Of a DNA stretch of 64,000 bases, positions 13,591 through 27,772 are shown one piece after another. The position numbers were made by a program, and so were the translations under genes. Below the pieces are notes generated by a model. The model made no database searches. It worked only from the letters and a program-made list of their open reading frames with translations, and was not told the DNA's origin. This DNA comes from Octopus vulgaris (lineage: Eukaryota): NCBI GenBank assembly GCA_951406725.2, contig OX597817.1, positions 115,568,001 to 115,632,000 of the forward strand, written 5' to 3'. Position 1 is the first letter of the stretch; each line of letters starts with the position of its first letter.

Positions 13591-14678
13591 TTCTGGCTTT
13601 CTACTTTCTGAGTTTAAATCCTGACGGTGTTAACTTTACATCCCGGGATGATATAGTAGTTCTACAGACACTTACATATCTGCCGCTGCAAAACTTATTT
13701 GGAAGACGTTAAAACAATCCTATCGAGAGAAATGTAAATTTATTTAATAAACGTCTGCCTTTGAAGTATTTAAAATTCTTCTTTATCTTTTTATTTTACA
13801 GAGTGAGAATGAGCGAGAGAGGGCAGATGGGAGAGAGAGGATGAGGGAGACAGAGAGTAAAGAGAGAAGGACAGCATTTAATGTATATGACTATTCATTG
13901 AGCTACAGAGACTTGTGATTAGTTATTAAAGTCAGTATTGACTTAAACATATAAATGATATTTCTTCCTAATGGTAGTTTTCTGATATGGATTTATTATT
14001 ATAATTATAACATGAGAAAGTGTGTTATTATACATATGAATCAAAAGGGTGATTTATATTTATTAGCACCAAACAATTGACGGGCTAACATCAAATATAT
14101 TTTGAATTTTGATTGAAAGACATGTTTCATTTAATCAATAAGAGTACTTTGATTGGATTTTGATGTTAATAAATTTGTCTTTTAAATTATTGGAAATGTG
14201 AAAGGAAAGGGTTATTATAAAATGTGATAAACAGGATAGCCAACAATAATCAGATTACTTCCGAACCTGAAGGAGCTTCCATCGCAAGTTCAATGAAACG
14301 CAACGATAATGAAATGATTGTTATAATTGGTGTACTTTCAAAGGTTATAGGTAATTGCGTACTTGTTCATATTAATAAAACTGGGAGATTTCTTAATATA
14401 AAAGTTTTATATAAATATTGCCACAATTTTTGTCAGTATGCAGCTCTCGGTCTCTTCGTTCCTTAGATTTACATCGTCACATACTTAATTATTTCTCCCT
14501 TCTTTAGACTTTCTCTACATATGGTGCACTTGATTAATAAGTTATTTTATCTGAGATCGTGTGTTAGGATTAAAATTATTGTGTAACGATAGGTTCAATT
14601 TATCCATTTAAATGACATATTCATTTTGTTATAAATTTGTTTTAAATACTTTAGATACGACAGTAGGTAGTATGCCTG

Positions 14679-14910
14679 GAAGGCGGTGAGCTGGCACAAT
14701 CGTTAGCACGCCGGGCTAAATGCGTAGCCGTATTTCGACTGCCGTTACTTTCTGAGTTCAAATTCCGCCGAGGTCGACTTTGCCTTTCATCATTTCGGGG
14801 TCGATGAATTAAGTACCAGTTACGCACTGGGGTCAATATAATCGACTTAATCCCTTTGACAGGCCTTGTTTGTCCCCTCTGTGTTTAGCCCGTTGTGGGC
14901 AGAAAAGAAA
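14679..14910 (+). mobile_element. Full-length SINE family B
   Basis: Same head and body as 12445; 15-bp TSD TAGGTAGTATGCCTG at 14664-14678 and 14911-14925. Confidence 0.93.
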
Positions 14911-16703
14911 TAGGTAGTATGCCTGTAATCTGCTAAGTAATGATCTGCTGTTGTTAAAATAAATTGTTAGCTAGTTAAGCTAGTTATAGTATTGCAGGTC
15001 AGCTTTCATAGAGAAACCTTATTGCCAGTAGTTTATTGAATAGGCAGGTACATTCTATAGGCTCATTGATTCAATTATTTAGTACCTCTATCTGCGAGTG
15101 TACCACGCTACCCTTTCTGACATATAAGGTGTGTTATGAGATAATGACCGCTATACATTTTCCACTTTGCCCTCTTCGTCTATGTTACAGTTGGTAGATA
15201 CTTGTTGTGACCACAACTGATGCTGCCTGGCTGTAGTCCATATTTGTGTGTTTTCTGCAAGTCAGCATGCTAGTGCTCTTATCATTTTGTTCTAGTATTA
15301 TTCTTGAGTGTTACTGATGTTTAGCTACAGGATATCTGTAGTTGATTAAAGACATTCAATATTGATATCTTTTTGATATAATATACCGGACTGCAACAGC
15401 CAGAAAGAATTCCCTATGTTTTGGAGGGTGGACTTTGCCGGAAATGTGGCTGTTTCTGTTTCTATCAGTTCGAGGGTTCCCCTACAGAAACATTTGTTGG
15501 ATTGTGCTTTTGAGTGGTGTAAATTTGTATGCTTATTTGAGGCCGTTATTTTATGCGAATAGCAGAAATTTCTTGATTTTGAGCCTGTTGCAACAATAGA
15601 CAGTACCAATCATATATTGAAATAGCACAGCTCTTGAACTGTGTTTTGATCGCCGACTCCAGATGACAGTGATAGCCAGAAATACAACTCCGAACCACAT
15701 TTTCTTGTGAAGCAAAGGTGTCAGCAGAAAAAGAAACAATATTAGTAACAATATCTATGGCGACGGCTTAGGATTATTTTCCCATCGTATTGCTGTACTT
15801 GACTGTGAGTAAGTGTTTTACCCACTAACATTTCCAACTTCTCAGCTTCTGTTTCGGTTTATTCTAAATTCTATGAACGCCGAGAGACGTCAGTTCACCT
15901 TCTGCCTCTCAATTTGCAAGTTTTTTGTGGCAGGGAAACTTATATAATATTCTTAAAAACAGAGGTGTATCGAGTTCAATTTTACTTTAGCAAAATATTT
16001 TCGCGAAATATATGCCGTTAACACTTTCGAAAATATAACTTACATGGACACACCATAAGTGATTCTTTTGAATCACTCATAAATAAAGCTAAACGGGTTT
16101 TTGCAAAAATAGCTGTAAGAATCATTTTCAGCTCCAAATTTTAAAAAAGTCATTGTTGGAAATTGATTCGTGTCAATGGCATTCTGTTTTGTTTTGAGAA
16201 TTATTCATATATAATTAATGACAGTGTCACGTCCTGTATAGTTGCAACAGTCAATAATTGTCTTATACAGAAAGGCAGAATGGGTATACATTACAGGTGC
16301 ATAGTACAATTGGCTAATAGTCTTCCGGCCTCTTTCTTTTTGGCGCACAATCTTGAGACAGGTCTAAAAGTTTTTGTTTGCAAGTCATATTCCACATTCA
16401 TACATTTTTACGAGATGTCACCGCTTATGTCGGTGTTTCTACGCTAACTTGCCCCCTCAGTTGATGTATCTACTGACTCTGAAGTACCTCATTTGTGTTC
16501 CATATGTCATTTTCATCCTTCTCCCCCTCCTCATCATCTTCATCAACAACAACAACAATAATGATAAAAGCAAAAAAGAAGAATGTCATTGTCATTAAGT
16601 GAACGATATTTCGACATCTCGTGTGTCTTCCACAGGTTCAAAAAATAAACGTGTCAATCTACTTCATTTTGGTTAATATTTATAGGATCTGTTATATTTA
16701 TAG

Positions 16704-16757
<54 letters not shown>

Positions 16758-17246
16758 GCGTTATGTACATTGTGTTGGTATAAAATATGGGCTACAGCAA
16801 ATATTCTGCTTAATACCACAGATTTGCTTGTCACTTGTTTGACCTTAACCAGTTGACCATGTCCCTTAATGGCTGACGATATGTGCATCTCCGATCATGA
16901 GCAGAAGTAGTGGGGGAGTGTCCAAGCCGTGTATTGAAAGGAATTCTTGGAGGTTTGGATAATTCACCTTTGGAAACATGGGTGGTTCGTTCAACATCCT
17001 TAAACAATCCTTATCCAGGGACCTTTTGAGCGAGATGGACTACTCATCCAGAAGAAAATTCTAACTGAGCTCCACCTGCAAGATTATGCGCTGTTTATCT
17101 TCATATGGGATCACTATGTCGTGCACATATGGTTGTGATGCATGTACCTCGTGTACCCTTATCAGATGGGTAGTCATATGGGTACATTTGGCTTCGTATA
17201 TTTATACCCCAGTGTCACTTTGATGGCATGCACTGCTCTCTCACTC

Positions 17247-17304
<58 letters not shown>

Positions 17305-18099
17305 CGATCAAGAATCTCTCTCAACAGAACGAATTTAACCTAAGAAAAATTCCTTGGTGAAAAGGAACAACTTATCAATAAAGCAAATCAATTTAAAGAA
17401 ATTTCAAGTTTGTTGTTAGATAAAGCTAAGTTTCTTCTATGCATGCTTCAGAGTGACACGAGCGAAAAATCGAAATCAACATCAGGAAATTCGGGAAAAA
17501 GAGATAAAAAACCATTATATGTTCAGTAAGTAAGTAAAGTAATTACGTATACACCCAATAGATTATTCATATAAGTTAACATCTTAATATTTAAAAACTA
17601 CGTAAGCGGACAGAATGGTTAGCATGCGGGCAAAACGCTTAGTGGCATTTCATCCATCTGTTAGGAGACAGATCTATCTCCTAACGCCGACGTTGTTTTC
17701 ATAACAACAAGGTACAACTCAGCAATGCAGAATCTATACTGGATCGGTTATCGCCCTAGTAAACAAGGGCCACGTCACCCTAAGCAGAGCTTATCAGGAG
17801 AGCGAAAAGTTTATTATTGTTTGAAACCTCCCCCAAAATATAATCCGGAATTCTTTCATAACAGGAGAAGTGTTTTTCAAGGTCCTCCATGCCCATCATC
17901 TGCATGCACCCATCAAATCAAAAGACAAAAAGGGTCTTGGGGATATTATAATCAGATTATGGAGTCTTACGGCCATGTATTATGGCTGTGATGCATGTAC
18001 CTCCTGTACCCTTATCAGATGGGTAGTCATATGGGTACATTTGACTTCGTATATTTGTACCCCAGTGTCACGTTGATGGTATGTACTGCTCTCTCACTC

Positions 18100-18146
<47 letters not shown>

Positions 18147-18475
18147 AGTCGTCTCAAGCACTGAACAGGTATATAGAAGCTGGAGCAAAAAGACTATATG
18201 TGCATCACTGATCACGAGCAGAAGTATTGGGGGAGCATCATAGCCATGACTACTCGACCCGAAGAAAATTGTAATTGGCCTCACCTGCAAGCTCATGCGC
18301 TGTTTATCTTGATATACAATAATACCCCCACACATATGGTTGTGATGCGTGTGCTTCATGTACCCTTACGAGATGGGTAGTCATGATGGGTATTTGGACC
18401 TTGTATATTTGTACACCTGTGTTACTTTGATGGCAAGTGCTGCTCTCTCAGTCAACGATGACAACAACAACAATA
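16758..18475 (+). mobile_element. Cluster of three related non-coding retro-element copies, each ending in (AAT)n/(AAC)n (about 16758-17246, 17985-18099, 18197-18453)
   Basis: Shared 3' block GTGATGCATGTACC...CCCTTATCAGATGGGTAGTCAT...CTGCTCTCTCACTC followed directly by AAT repeats; copies 1 and 3 also share TATGTGCATC.C.GATCA.GAGCAGAAGTA.TGGGG. Confidence 0.8.
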
Positions 18476-19487
18476 ATGGCTTCACATTTTAGCACGAAGC
18501 CAGCAATTTCTGTGTGGGGGTTGTTAAGTCTATTACACCAACTCCAGTATTAGATGAGTGTAGATATACCTTTTTATATCGACTTCAGTGCTTGACGGTA
18601 TAATGAAAATCAAATTTTATATTGTTTGAACACTGAATACAAAATAGGAAATAGCCCATTCGTAGCTTTATTGATTATAATGTATCGATATATTCTGGTA
18701 CCCGACATCTACATACGAACGCATACACATATACTCTATAGCACATATCTTACTTTTCATTTTCTAGTATTGTTGTCTCCGAACATAACTTATAATCAGT
18801 TTTGTCTACGGAATAGACTCTTAAAGTACGTACATTATTTCCACAGGTTTGCTGCAACTATTTCGATTTTCTATATGTTGCTTGTAGGCATTAACAGGCT
18901 TGAGAAGTTAACATTTGATGGAAATCTTAAATGTTCCTATAATTTCAATTTTCTGAAAACTTCCAAATTTTCTGCCAATTTCATCGCAATCCTGCAGGAA
19001 AATATTTAAGTTGTGATTGAATTTCTTAACGGAATTGTTAAAGATTAGTAAAAAATATCTATAAAATAATACGTAACTTTCATTAAATATATCTGACAAA
19101 AATCTTAGTATTCATAAGAAAGTTTCTCGTTGAAGCACGTCTAAATATTTGTGATATCACTGCCCATAATTCTTTTAAGTGTTTTGAAGGAAGTAAAGTT
19201 AGAGTATATGAAGATATATTCGAACGTTTCAAAATTCGTAAACAAATCGAGTGAATTACAATTGCAGCATGACAACCACCTCCTCCATAATGTCTGCTTA
19301 AACTGTTATTACTAATATACTCGATAAATTTCCAAGAACTAGAGAACTAGTCATCAGTTGTTGCTCAAAATACACGCTAATCGTTTTAGATGCACAATAG
19401 CTAAAAAAAAAAAGACTTGGCAGTCATAAGTATAACAACTGTATATATGTTTTTAATAACCAGAGAGGAGATCGATGTAAACAATAG

Positions 19488-19592
19488 CTGCAGCGGCTGC
19501 CGCTGCTGCTGCTGCTGCTACTACTATTACTACTACTACTACCACTACTACTACTGCTGCTGCTGCTGCTACTACTACTACTACTACTACCC

Positions 19593-19648
<56 letters not shown>
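19488..19648. repeat. Compound (CTG)n/(CTA)n microsatellite
   Basis: Visible trinucleotide runs. Confidence 0.95.
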
Positions 19649-19649
<1 letters not shown>

Positions 19650-21639
19650 TTAAAGTCACAATAAAATCATTCGTAATGATTAATTTCTATTAATGTTATT
19701 TACTGTATCTAAATTACGAATTATTCAGCAGTAACAAATTACTGGTACTTTAAAACGTTTTACTTCACCGTAGAAGGGACAATAATTGAAACAAAAAAGC
19801 AAATCATCACCCATTCATCAGGGTTTTATTTATTGAACTACATGCGAAGTGGGCTTTATATTTGCCAAATTGTATATTGTTGTTACTTCAGAACTTAATA
19901 GGCTAGTATAAAGTTTTTCGATGGACAGTTAAAAAAAATACTCAGTAGATCAAGAACTAGATATCTGGATAATATCCATAGTCGTAGTTGGTTACGACAG
20001 ATAATCCAGCCCGAAAATCTAATGATGGTTGCCTCTGATTGGACCCTAATGAGAGAAGGAGATGGATGGATAGAAAACTGTCCAGCTGATAACTCTAATT
20101 TTGTCTCAGAAAAAAATATTTATCTGTGATGTTTACTGAATGTCTTATGAACTTTACTGGTTTATCAGTGTTGTAAATAAATACATTTTCGGTTTTGCTA
20201 TTTTCTTACTTTATAAATACCAAAAAGTTGAAAGTGGTACATTTATTTGAAAGAGTTAATATACAACTTCATGGCATTAGAGAATAAAGTACAAGGAATG
20301 CAATATCACGAACAACTATGTTCTTTAATGCTTTAGTTAAAAGATTATCTCTGAATTTATCTCTTTAAAAAACTTTACTTTGAAATATCTGTTCTCTACG
20401 ATCTATTTTACATGGACACCATCTGAAGAGATCTCTATCTACTACGCTATGTATCGCAAAAAGGTAAAAACATTCTTATTACACCGATAATGTCATAATT
20501 AATTATGCTCTAAGCGGTAGTCACGTACTATTATCGTATAATTTTATACAAGTATGATATTCATAAATATAGGCTAAGTATTCGTTGATGTATTTAAGAA
20601 AATGAAACATTAAAAAAAATTATCACAAAAATATTAAAAGACATTCATTTTCCCATCTCTCTAGTTGTTTATGCTTAGATCATATTTTTTTCATTTGGTA
20701 TAATATCTGAGAAAATTGATAATTTTGTCCAAATGTATATTTCATTACGTACATACTAAGGAAAATCAAGAACGACAATGGAAATTCCAGCTGACAAAAC
20801 CGCATCAAATATGAACAGAAAACACAGAAACAAACGAAGTAATGCTAACTCACTATGTGAAGCAAAAATAACGGTATACTTTGCATTATCTCTGTAAACA
20901 ACATCATTAGCGTGTTTAACCCAAGGCGGAATTGGCACCGTTTCACATCTTTCATCTAAAAAAAAGAAATTATCTCTCATTCTTCAAAACAATATACAAT
21001 TTCTCACAAGATGGTGCTATACTAAATAACTAAATGAATCGTTAGTACATTTGTCGATAGACACTGGGAGGTGGTGCATTACATAGATTCATTCTAAGCA
21101 TGTCGCAATGCAGTTTGTAATAGCTGTGTTTGTCGTTTCATCGTATTATCTATAATCTTAAGTTTCTGAGAAATGAAGACTGACCTGTCTTCGTGAATTT
21201 ATTTCCGCAAACAGAGACGAACTCACACTCCTATACAAAGGAATATTTCTAGTAAAGTGTCCTCAAAGTTTTGGACAATTATTTCTACAATCAAGGGAGT
21301 AGGAATTTTCATGTTATAGTTGAACCGTAAAGAAAACCAAACAGCAAAACACGATTTTTTCTCTTAGAACATAGCATTGGAAATTAAAAGAAATACCAGT
21401 CTTGGGATAAAAACGCCACAATCAAAGATAAATATGATCAGAATTTAGGATTGTGATGGCAAGGAACATTAATTCCATCACACAGCTAATATTTCTCTGC
21501 AGTTTATTCCTCTTAGGTGCATACATATCTCCCGAATAAATGTTTCTATGAATATGATATAATAATACACACACTCATTCAAGCTCATATATAAATTCAA
21601 ACATGTATATATATATATATATATATATATAGATTTAAA

Positions 21640-21815
21640 ATTTTAGTACAATGCTAGCTATTTCTGGAAAGGTGGTAAGTCGATTACATTGACCCCAGTG
21701 AACAATTGGTACGTATTTTATCTACCTCGAAATGCTGAAAGGTATAGTCGACTTCGATGAAATTTGAATTCACAATGTGGTGTGAAGATTCTAAGAACTC
21801 TACCAGCTTGCAGCT
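21640..21815 (-). mobile_element. Degenerate SINE family B copy
   Basis: AAGTCGATTACATTGACCCCAGTG...GAAAGGTATAGTCGACTTCGATGAAATTTGAATTC is the reverse complement of the family B body. Confidence 0.7.
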
Positions 21816-23079
21816 TTAATATCTGTATATAAAGTAACATACTAACACAAGCGTATCTCTCTCAGTACTCAGTGTAGAAAGGTGTGACTAACATGGAGCA
21901 ACAGATAAAAGGATACGTACAAACACCTGTATATGATAAATAACTGTTCATTGAGAACAATGGTGCTGGTTTAAGATTTATTGCTTAACAGTTAATTGTA
22001 AACTCTCTTCACCTCCAAACTCTTCCATCAGAAGTATTTATTATCACAATATATACATTATCAAATTTGAAAATTAGAGGTCACGCATTCAGAAGTACAT
22101 ATTTCATTATCTAAAAGAAAATGTACTTCGCTGTGTCCTAATCTTATCAGTCGGTCAAGGTGGGACTCTATTTCCTTAGAAGTGTGCCTACACTTTTGAC
22201 ATATTTACTGAAAATGCGTGTTAGGCTAACATTTGTGTCTACAATTAATTTCGTAGTATATTATTTGACACTGAAATAGAACACTAGGCGTTAGTGCCAT
22301 GTAAAAGTGAAAATATTTTATAAGTTGTAACGTTCAATATCTTGGCTCTAACTATTTACTTATCTATATAGACACGCGTTTTTATTCCATAGACATCCTA
22401 GGATGTGGTATACAGTAACCTCCTGTCCGTTCAGTTGCAATATGATTTCACCGAGGGTAAACGTATCCATGAAACTTTATTCAAGGTGTTACTATTACGA
22501 GCCTTTGAATTAAGTGAATATAAATACAAACAATAGCGACCCAACGATAAGTAGTAGTAGGGAATCAACTCGCCTTGCACAAAACGCTTTAGAATCAAAT
22601 TAGCGACTAGTGCATCGCATAATACTAATAATCTTGATCTCAAACAAAATAATAACACTTGTGCGATAGTAAGTAACAATAGAGTCGAGGTATCTAATCT
22701 TTCTGCCAGCAGTAGAGACAGCGTTAATCTCACGAAGAATCTTTGCAGGTGCCGGAACAAAATATGTCCTCTTGATGGACAATCTTTGAAACAAAACATG
22801 GTTCACAAGTGTACTGTTATGTGATATGGTATCTCATATTATTACATTGGCTCAGAAAAGCAACCTGTCAAGGCATCGGTTGCTCTTCGACAGGTCTATG
22901 GTCAAGCCTGTGGCAGGGGAGACCTCCGGAGTTCTTGGACCCGGACCATATCCCTGCTTATCACTATCATCTGTACGCAAGTGCGAGCCATGTGAGTCCC
23001 AGTAGCTGTTCCAGCGCATATCCCTCAATATCTTCCGGGGCAACCTATTTTCCATTTTGTCTGCTGGGACCATGAGATG

Positions 23080-23310
23080 ATCTGAACTACAAAAATTATA
23101 CGTTCCATTCCTTAATGCTATGCCCACGTGACATTGTATGGCTGTTATAATTTTATATTTCCTTTATCCAGTGTAAGTTGGTCGAATATGTTAACTATTC
23201 CCAGTTCCTTGATTTTTGAATTTCAACAAATCAATCAATAATATATTCTCCTTAGTTGTTCATCACTTCTTGCCAACGTTCCCGTATCCATTTCTATTAA
23301 AATCTTATCA
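23080..23310 (-). mobile_element. Mariner transposase 3'-end relic
   Basis: Minus-strand translation RWQEVMNN*GEYIID* matches the mariner C-terminal motif. Confidence 0.55.
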
Positions 23311-23399
23311 TGTTCTGCTAGCTTCAATGTAAGACTGTATAGCCACCTGTTTTCTTTCAAGGATAGGGACAAAATATATAGCACTAGCCGTTTTGGATG

Positions 23400-23700
23400 T
23401 ACGAGGTTCGATCAATAAGTATCCAGACTGTTGCCATAGTAACGAAGCTAAAGCATGCAGAGTAAAGTCGGTTAGCAACAACTGACATTTATCTCTGATG
23501 TGCATGTGCACTACGTTTTTACGTTCTAGCTCACTTTGCTGTTTACAGTAATACTTGGAAGGAAGGTGTGTAGCGTGTGATCGACGCATTGACCATGACA
23601 GAGAAATTTGTCATGGCGAAACCTGCTCAGAGGCCTACACAAAGTTGAAGAAAGTGTATGAAGAGGAGTGTATGAGCCACACATAAGTGTACGAATGGGC
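23400..23700 (+). mobile_element. Mariner 5' fragment (TIR plus HTH start)
   Basis: TACGAGGTTCGATCAATAAGTATCC terminus; translation TCSEAYTKLKKVYEEECMSHT*VYEW resembles the mariner HTH. Confidence 0.65.
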
Positions 23701-24377
23701 CACACACAAGAGTACGTATATATATATGGTCTTTAAAATATAAAAAGCACAGAAAGTGATACGAAATGGGAAATACTAGCTACGGCGTTATTGTATAAAA
23801 TTGGGAATAGAAAATGTAAGATGTTGTTGCAAGACATTTTCCATATCTTTACCTCTAGACACCGATTATTGAATAATACACGAGAATGAGCTCCCAAATG
23901 CTTCCACCATCCCAGGGAATTGTTCTAATATTTCTCAATAAAACTGATCAAGGTATCAGTTTCATAAGAGATGATTTGAATTTTCCCGGACTAAGTTGGT
24001 AGATGTATTGTTGTTATTCTTTAAAATAATCTAAAAGTAATTTCTAACACCCTCTACTTTTACTTGGCTATTTGTTCCTTGTCAGTTTATAACTCCATTA
24101 ATTCTCCATAATATCGATATTTATAATTAAAGTTCTTTCTATCGTCATTTTATTTTATATATAGTCTGTGGGCAATTGTGTCGCTGACAACAGTCTGGAC
24201 TTCTGTAGTGTTTAAATACTTCCTACATAAAATATTTGCGAAGCTATTTAATAAAAAATATGTAGTTGCTTGTTACTAACTCAGAAGCATTTATGCCCGA
24301 GTCAAATACACATACATACATACATACATATAGATATACACAGATACATATACACAGATACATACACACACACACAC

Positions 24378-24416
<39 letters not shown>

Positions 24417-24664
24417 CATACATGTGTGTGTGTATAAAGTGTTATATACCAATATCTTTGTATGTGACCTTGTATTTCTTTGGTTACATTTGGTAGCAAT
24501 CAGCATTAGTACAGCGGAGGTGACACTCATGCTAGTTAACACATGCCGACTCTATTTAGTCTACTTTCTTTTTCATAACTTTTCTTGAACTTTATTATCC
24601 GTTGCCTCATTATCATTTTTTCCCTTTAGTCACTTCAGAGGTGCATAATTTTCTATTTATCTTG

Positions 24665-24851
<187 letters not shown>

Positions 24852-26649
24852 GTGTTTGCGTGTGTGCGAGTGTGCGTGTGATTGTTTTTGTGTGTGATTG
24901 TATGTGTGTGTGTGTGTGTAAGATAAAGACCTATACATCATAGGGTGACAACTGCTTCCAATATTCATACAATCCATTACTGGCAGCTCATTTTCTAGTG
25001 GTTGTCGACTAAAACGGCTTCCTAATGATGACGATGTCATATTTATGACGATGTGTATGAAATAAGAATTAAGGCTAATAACTTGAGATAAAACTGCACG
25101 ATCTGTATAATTTCGTCGGTGAAACACACGCACACACATATAGCAACTTTTGAAACTATCATTACAAATTCTGAAGATTTCACTTAATGTGGCCAATAAG
25201 TTTGTGAAACTAATATGTGCTATATAAATATAAAGCTATTTCTTGTACGGTTACTATAGTATAAAGTCAGCAGAAGAATATCTGTCTTGGCATTGCTAAG
25301 TGTTTCCTGAAGTTTGCTTCAAATCATATTTCTGGAGACAATTTCATTTCCCATATTTCTTCTTGCACATAGTTATTTCCTCGTTTCATCGTATAAAATT
25401 CTTAGTACACGGAAATCAATTTGTCAGTAACTATTTATTTCTTCCGTGGAAATACTCGGCAGAATTTACTTTCTAGTTTCAAATAAGTAGCGTAGTACGA
25501 TCTAGTGTTAAATATAGAATTTTTGTTTCCAGTCCAATATTTGATTTTCCTACCGTATATTTTAGTTCAAGTTTTATTTTTCTTGTCATTCTAGCGTAAG
25601 AAAACGCTAATGGTTTTCTGAGATGTTTATTTCATAAAGCATTTTATTTACGCTACTGTACATAATGCTCTATATGATCACACAGTCTAATATTAGAACA
25701 TTTGATGCTCATTTATTTCCTTTTTCAGATTCATCTGCTGTTTGTTTCAATCATTGTTCTTAACTCATATCTTAAAGCAAATCCCTTTTATTTATTTTTT
25801 TGCCAGGGTAGACATATAAAAATGAAGGATAAAAAGTTTCAAATTTTACAGGACACTATAGATTACAAGTAGGTCAGAGGTTAGCTCTAATAGGGGATTA
25901 ACTACTTGAAAGGAGGTAGAATATCTGAGTATATATATTAAAGAATAATAAGATTCTTTCATGCTTTTCACTGTTCTGCTAAGAATGTTTTCCTATGTAC
26001 AACATTTCCTTCACAACAAAAAAAGTCTTCTTAAAGGTTGGTTAAAATTAGTTCTAAAAGTGATGTTTGGAAGAAATTATGAAATCGATTTCAGTATGTG
26101 TTTGATGCTATGAAAAACATGATATGACCCTGTTTATAAATGCCAACAACCGAAACTATATGTGGTTGATGAAAACTATTATGAAAAATAATTATAATCG
26201 TATAAAATACGTGATTTACAAAAAATACTGTGACTGAAAGATAGAGTATTTTAATCATTAACTTATGCTATTTTCAGATGGAATATGCTTTAAATTCTAG
26301 ATAACCTCAAAGAGAAGTTTAGATCTAAAATCTACGTAGCATTAAAAAAAATATAATAGGGAAATGCTAAAATTACTTCAATTTCAAAGTGAATCGTGTC
26401 TTTACTCTGAATAAAGCTAATACATTTAATAACAGAAATAGTTCAAAATTGCTATCATACCACATCTAGTTTTTTTCTAAAGAATAATCGATGACGAATT
26501 ATCTCCCGAAATGATATAGTCACCGAGAAACTGGTGATCATTGACACTCCTAACCTATATTATCTTTTAAAGTATCTACATTACGTAGCTAGACGCGATG
26601 AAAGTATTTGATAATTGATATTACAGAGAAACAATCTACATATATATAT

Positions 26650-26682
<33 letters not shown>

Positions 26683-26749
26683 GTTTGTTGTCTACACGAC
26701 CTGTCTTCGTCTTTTGTAGTTTTTTGCGAATTCTCCCCATATATATATA

Positions 26750-26794
<45 letters not shown>

Positions 26795-27290
26795 AAATAT
26801 ATATATATATAAATATATATATATTTATATATGTATATATTTATATATATATATATAGGAAAACATTTTTAGGAAGCAATATATAAACGTTGGGGATATG
26901 CTCAAAGGGAAACCAAATCAAATACTATCAATAAACACATCCCGTTTATTATAGAACATCAAATGTTATTACAATCGAGCTGATACGACCATCATAGTAG
27001 ACTACGTGAATATTTCAATATCCGGCTCTGCGTTTGCAAGGTAATCTTCTGAATATATAAGAATGGAACACATATGTAGGGAAGTGAAAATTATTTAATA
27101 TCTTAAATTGTATAAAATGCGTATGGAATATAGAGAAAATCAGAAAATAGATTCTAATGCCACATGCTAAGCTACAGACTGATAAAGAATTGTTAAGAAA
27201 TAGTAGCAGAAATTTTGAATTCTTCAATATTTAGTATACAGCTTGTGCAGGTAAATAATAAATATATATGTATATATATATATATATATA

Positions 27291-27772
27291 TATAAATAAT
27301 AATGAGGAGATAAATTAATATTAATTTTAATATCAATTTAAAACCAGTAGTCCACATACAAAAATCTGAGGAGTCAGAGAAATTCTAATATATGTGTATA
27401 TTGGCAGGGCTTACTGCTAGAGTCGGCCATATGCTAGAAATAGACCATCAACGGTCAAACTACAAGGAAATTCTCTAGAGGAAAAATACAGCGAACACCA
27501 GAACCAATTTTGGGGGCATGACAGATGAAAATTTATAAATTTTCATCTGTCATGCCAAAATTGGTTCTGTGTTCGTATTTTCCTCTAGAAATTTCCTTGT
27601 AGTTTGACCGTTGATGGTCTATTTCTAGCATATGGCCGACTCCCTAGCGTAAGCCTGCCAATATACACATATATTAGAATTTTCTCTGACTCCTCAGATT
27701 TTGTATGTGGACTACTGGTTTTAAATTGATATTAAAATTAATATTAATTTATCTCCCTCATTATTATTTATA
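27291..27772. repeat. Spacer-less palindrome of about 480 bp centred at 27535/27536, flanked by (TA)n
   Basis: Centre GAAAATTTATAAATTTTC is self-complementary; the arms match out to AATAATGAGG/CCTCATTATT. Confidence 0.95.

Noticed and set aside
19315-19360. Minus-strand CTGATGA...GAAA
   Set aside because: Stem II is not adjacent to GAAA; no stem I or III.
25170-25225. CTGAAGA...GAAAC hammerhead-like spacing
   Set aside because: The triplet would be GUG and stem I is absent.
27366-27390. CTGAGGA...GAAA in the palindrome arm as a hammerhead
   Set aside because: No stem II pairing and no stem I/III closure.
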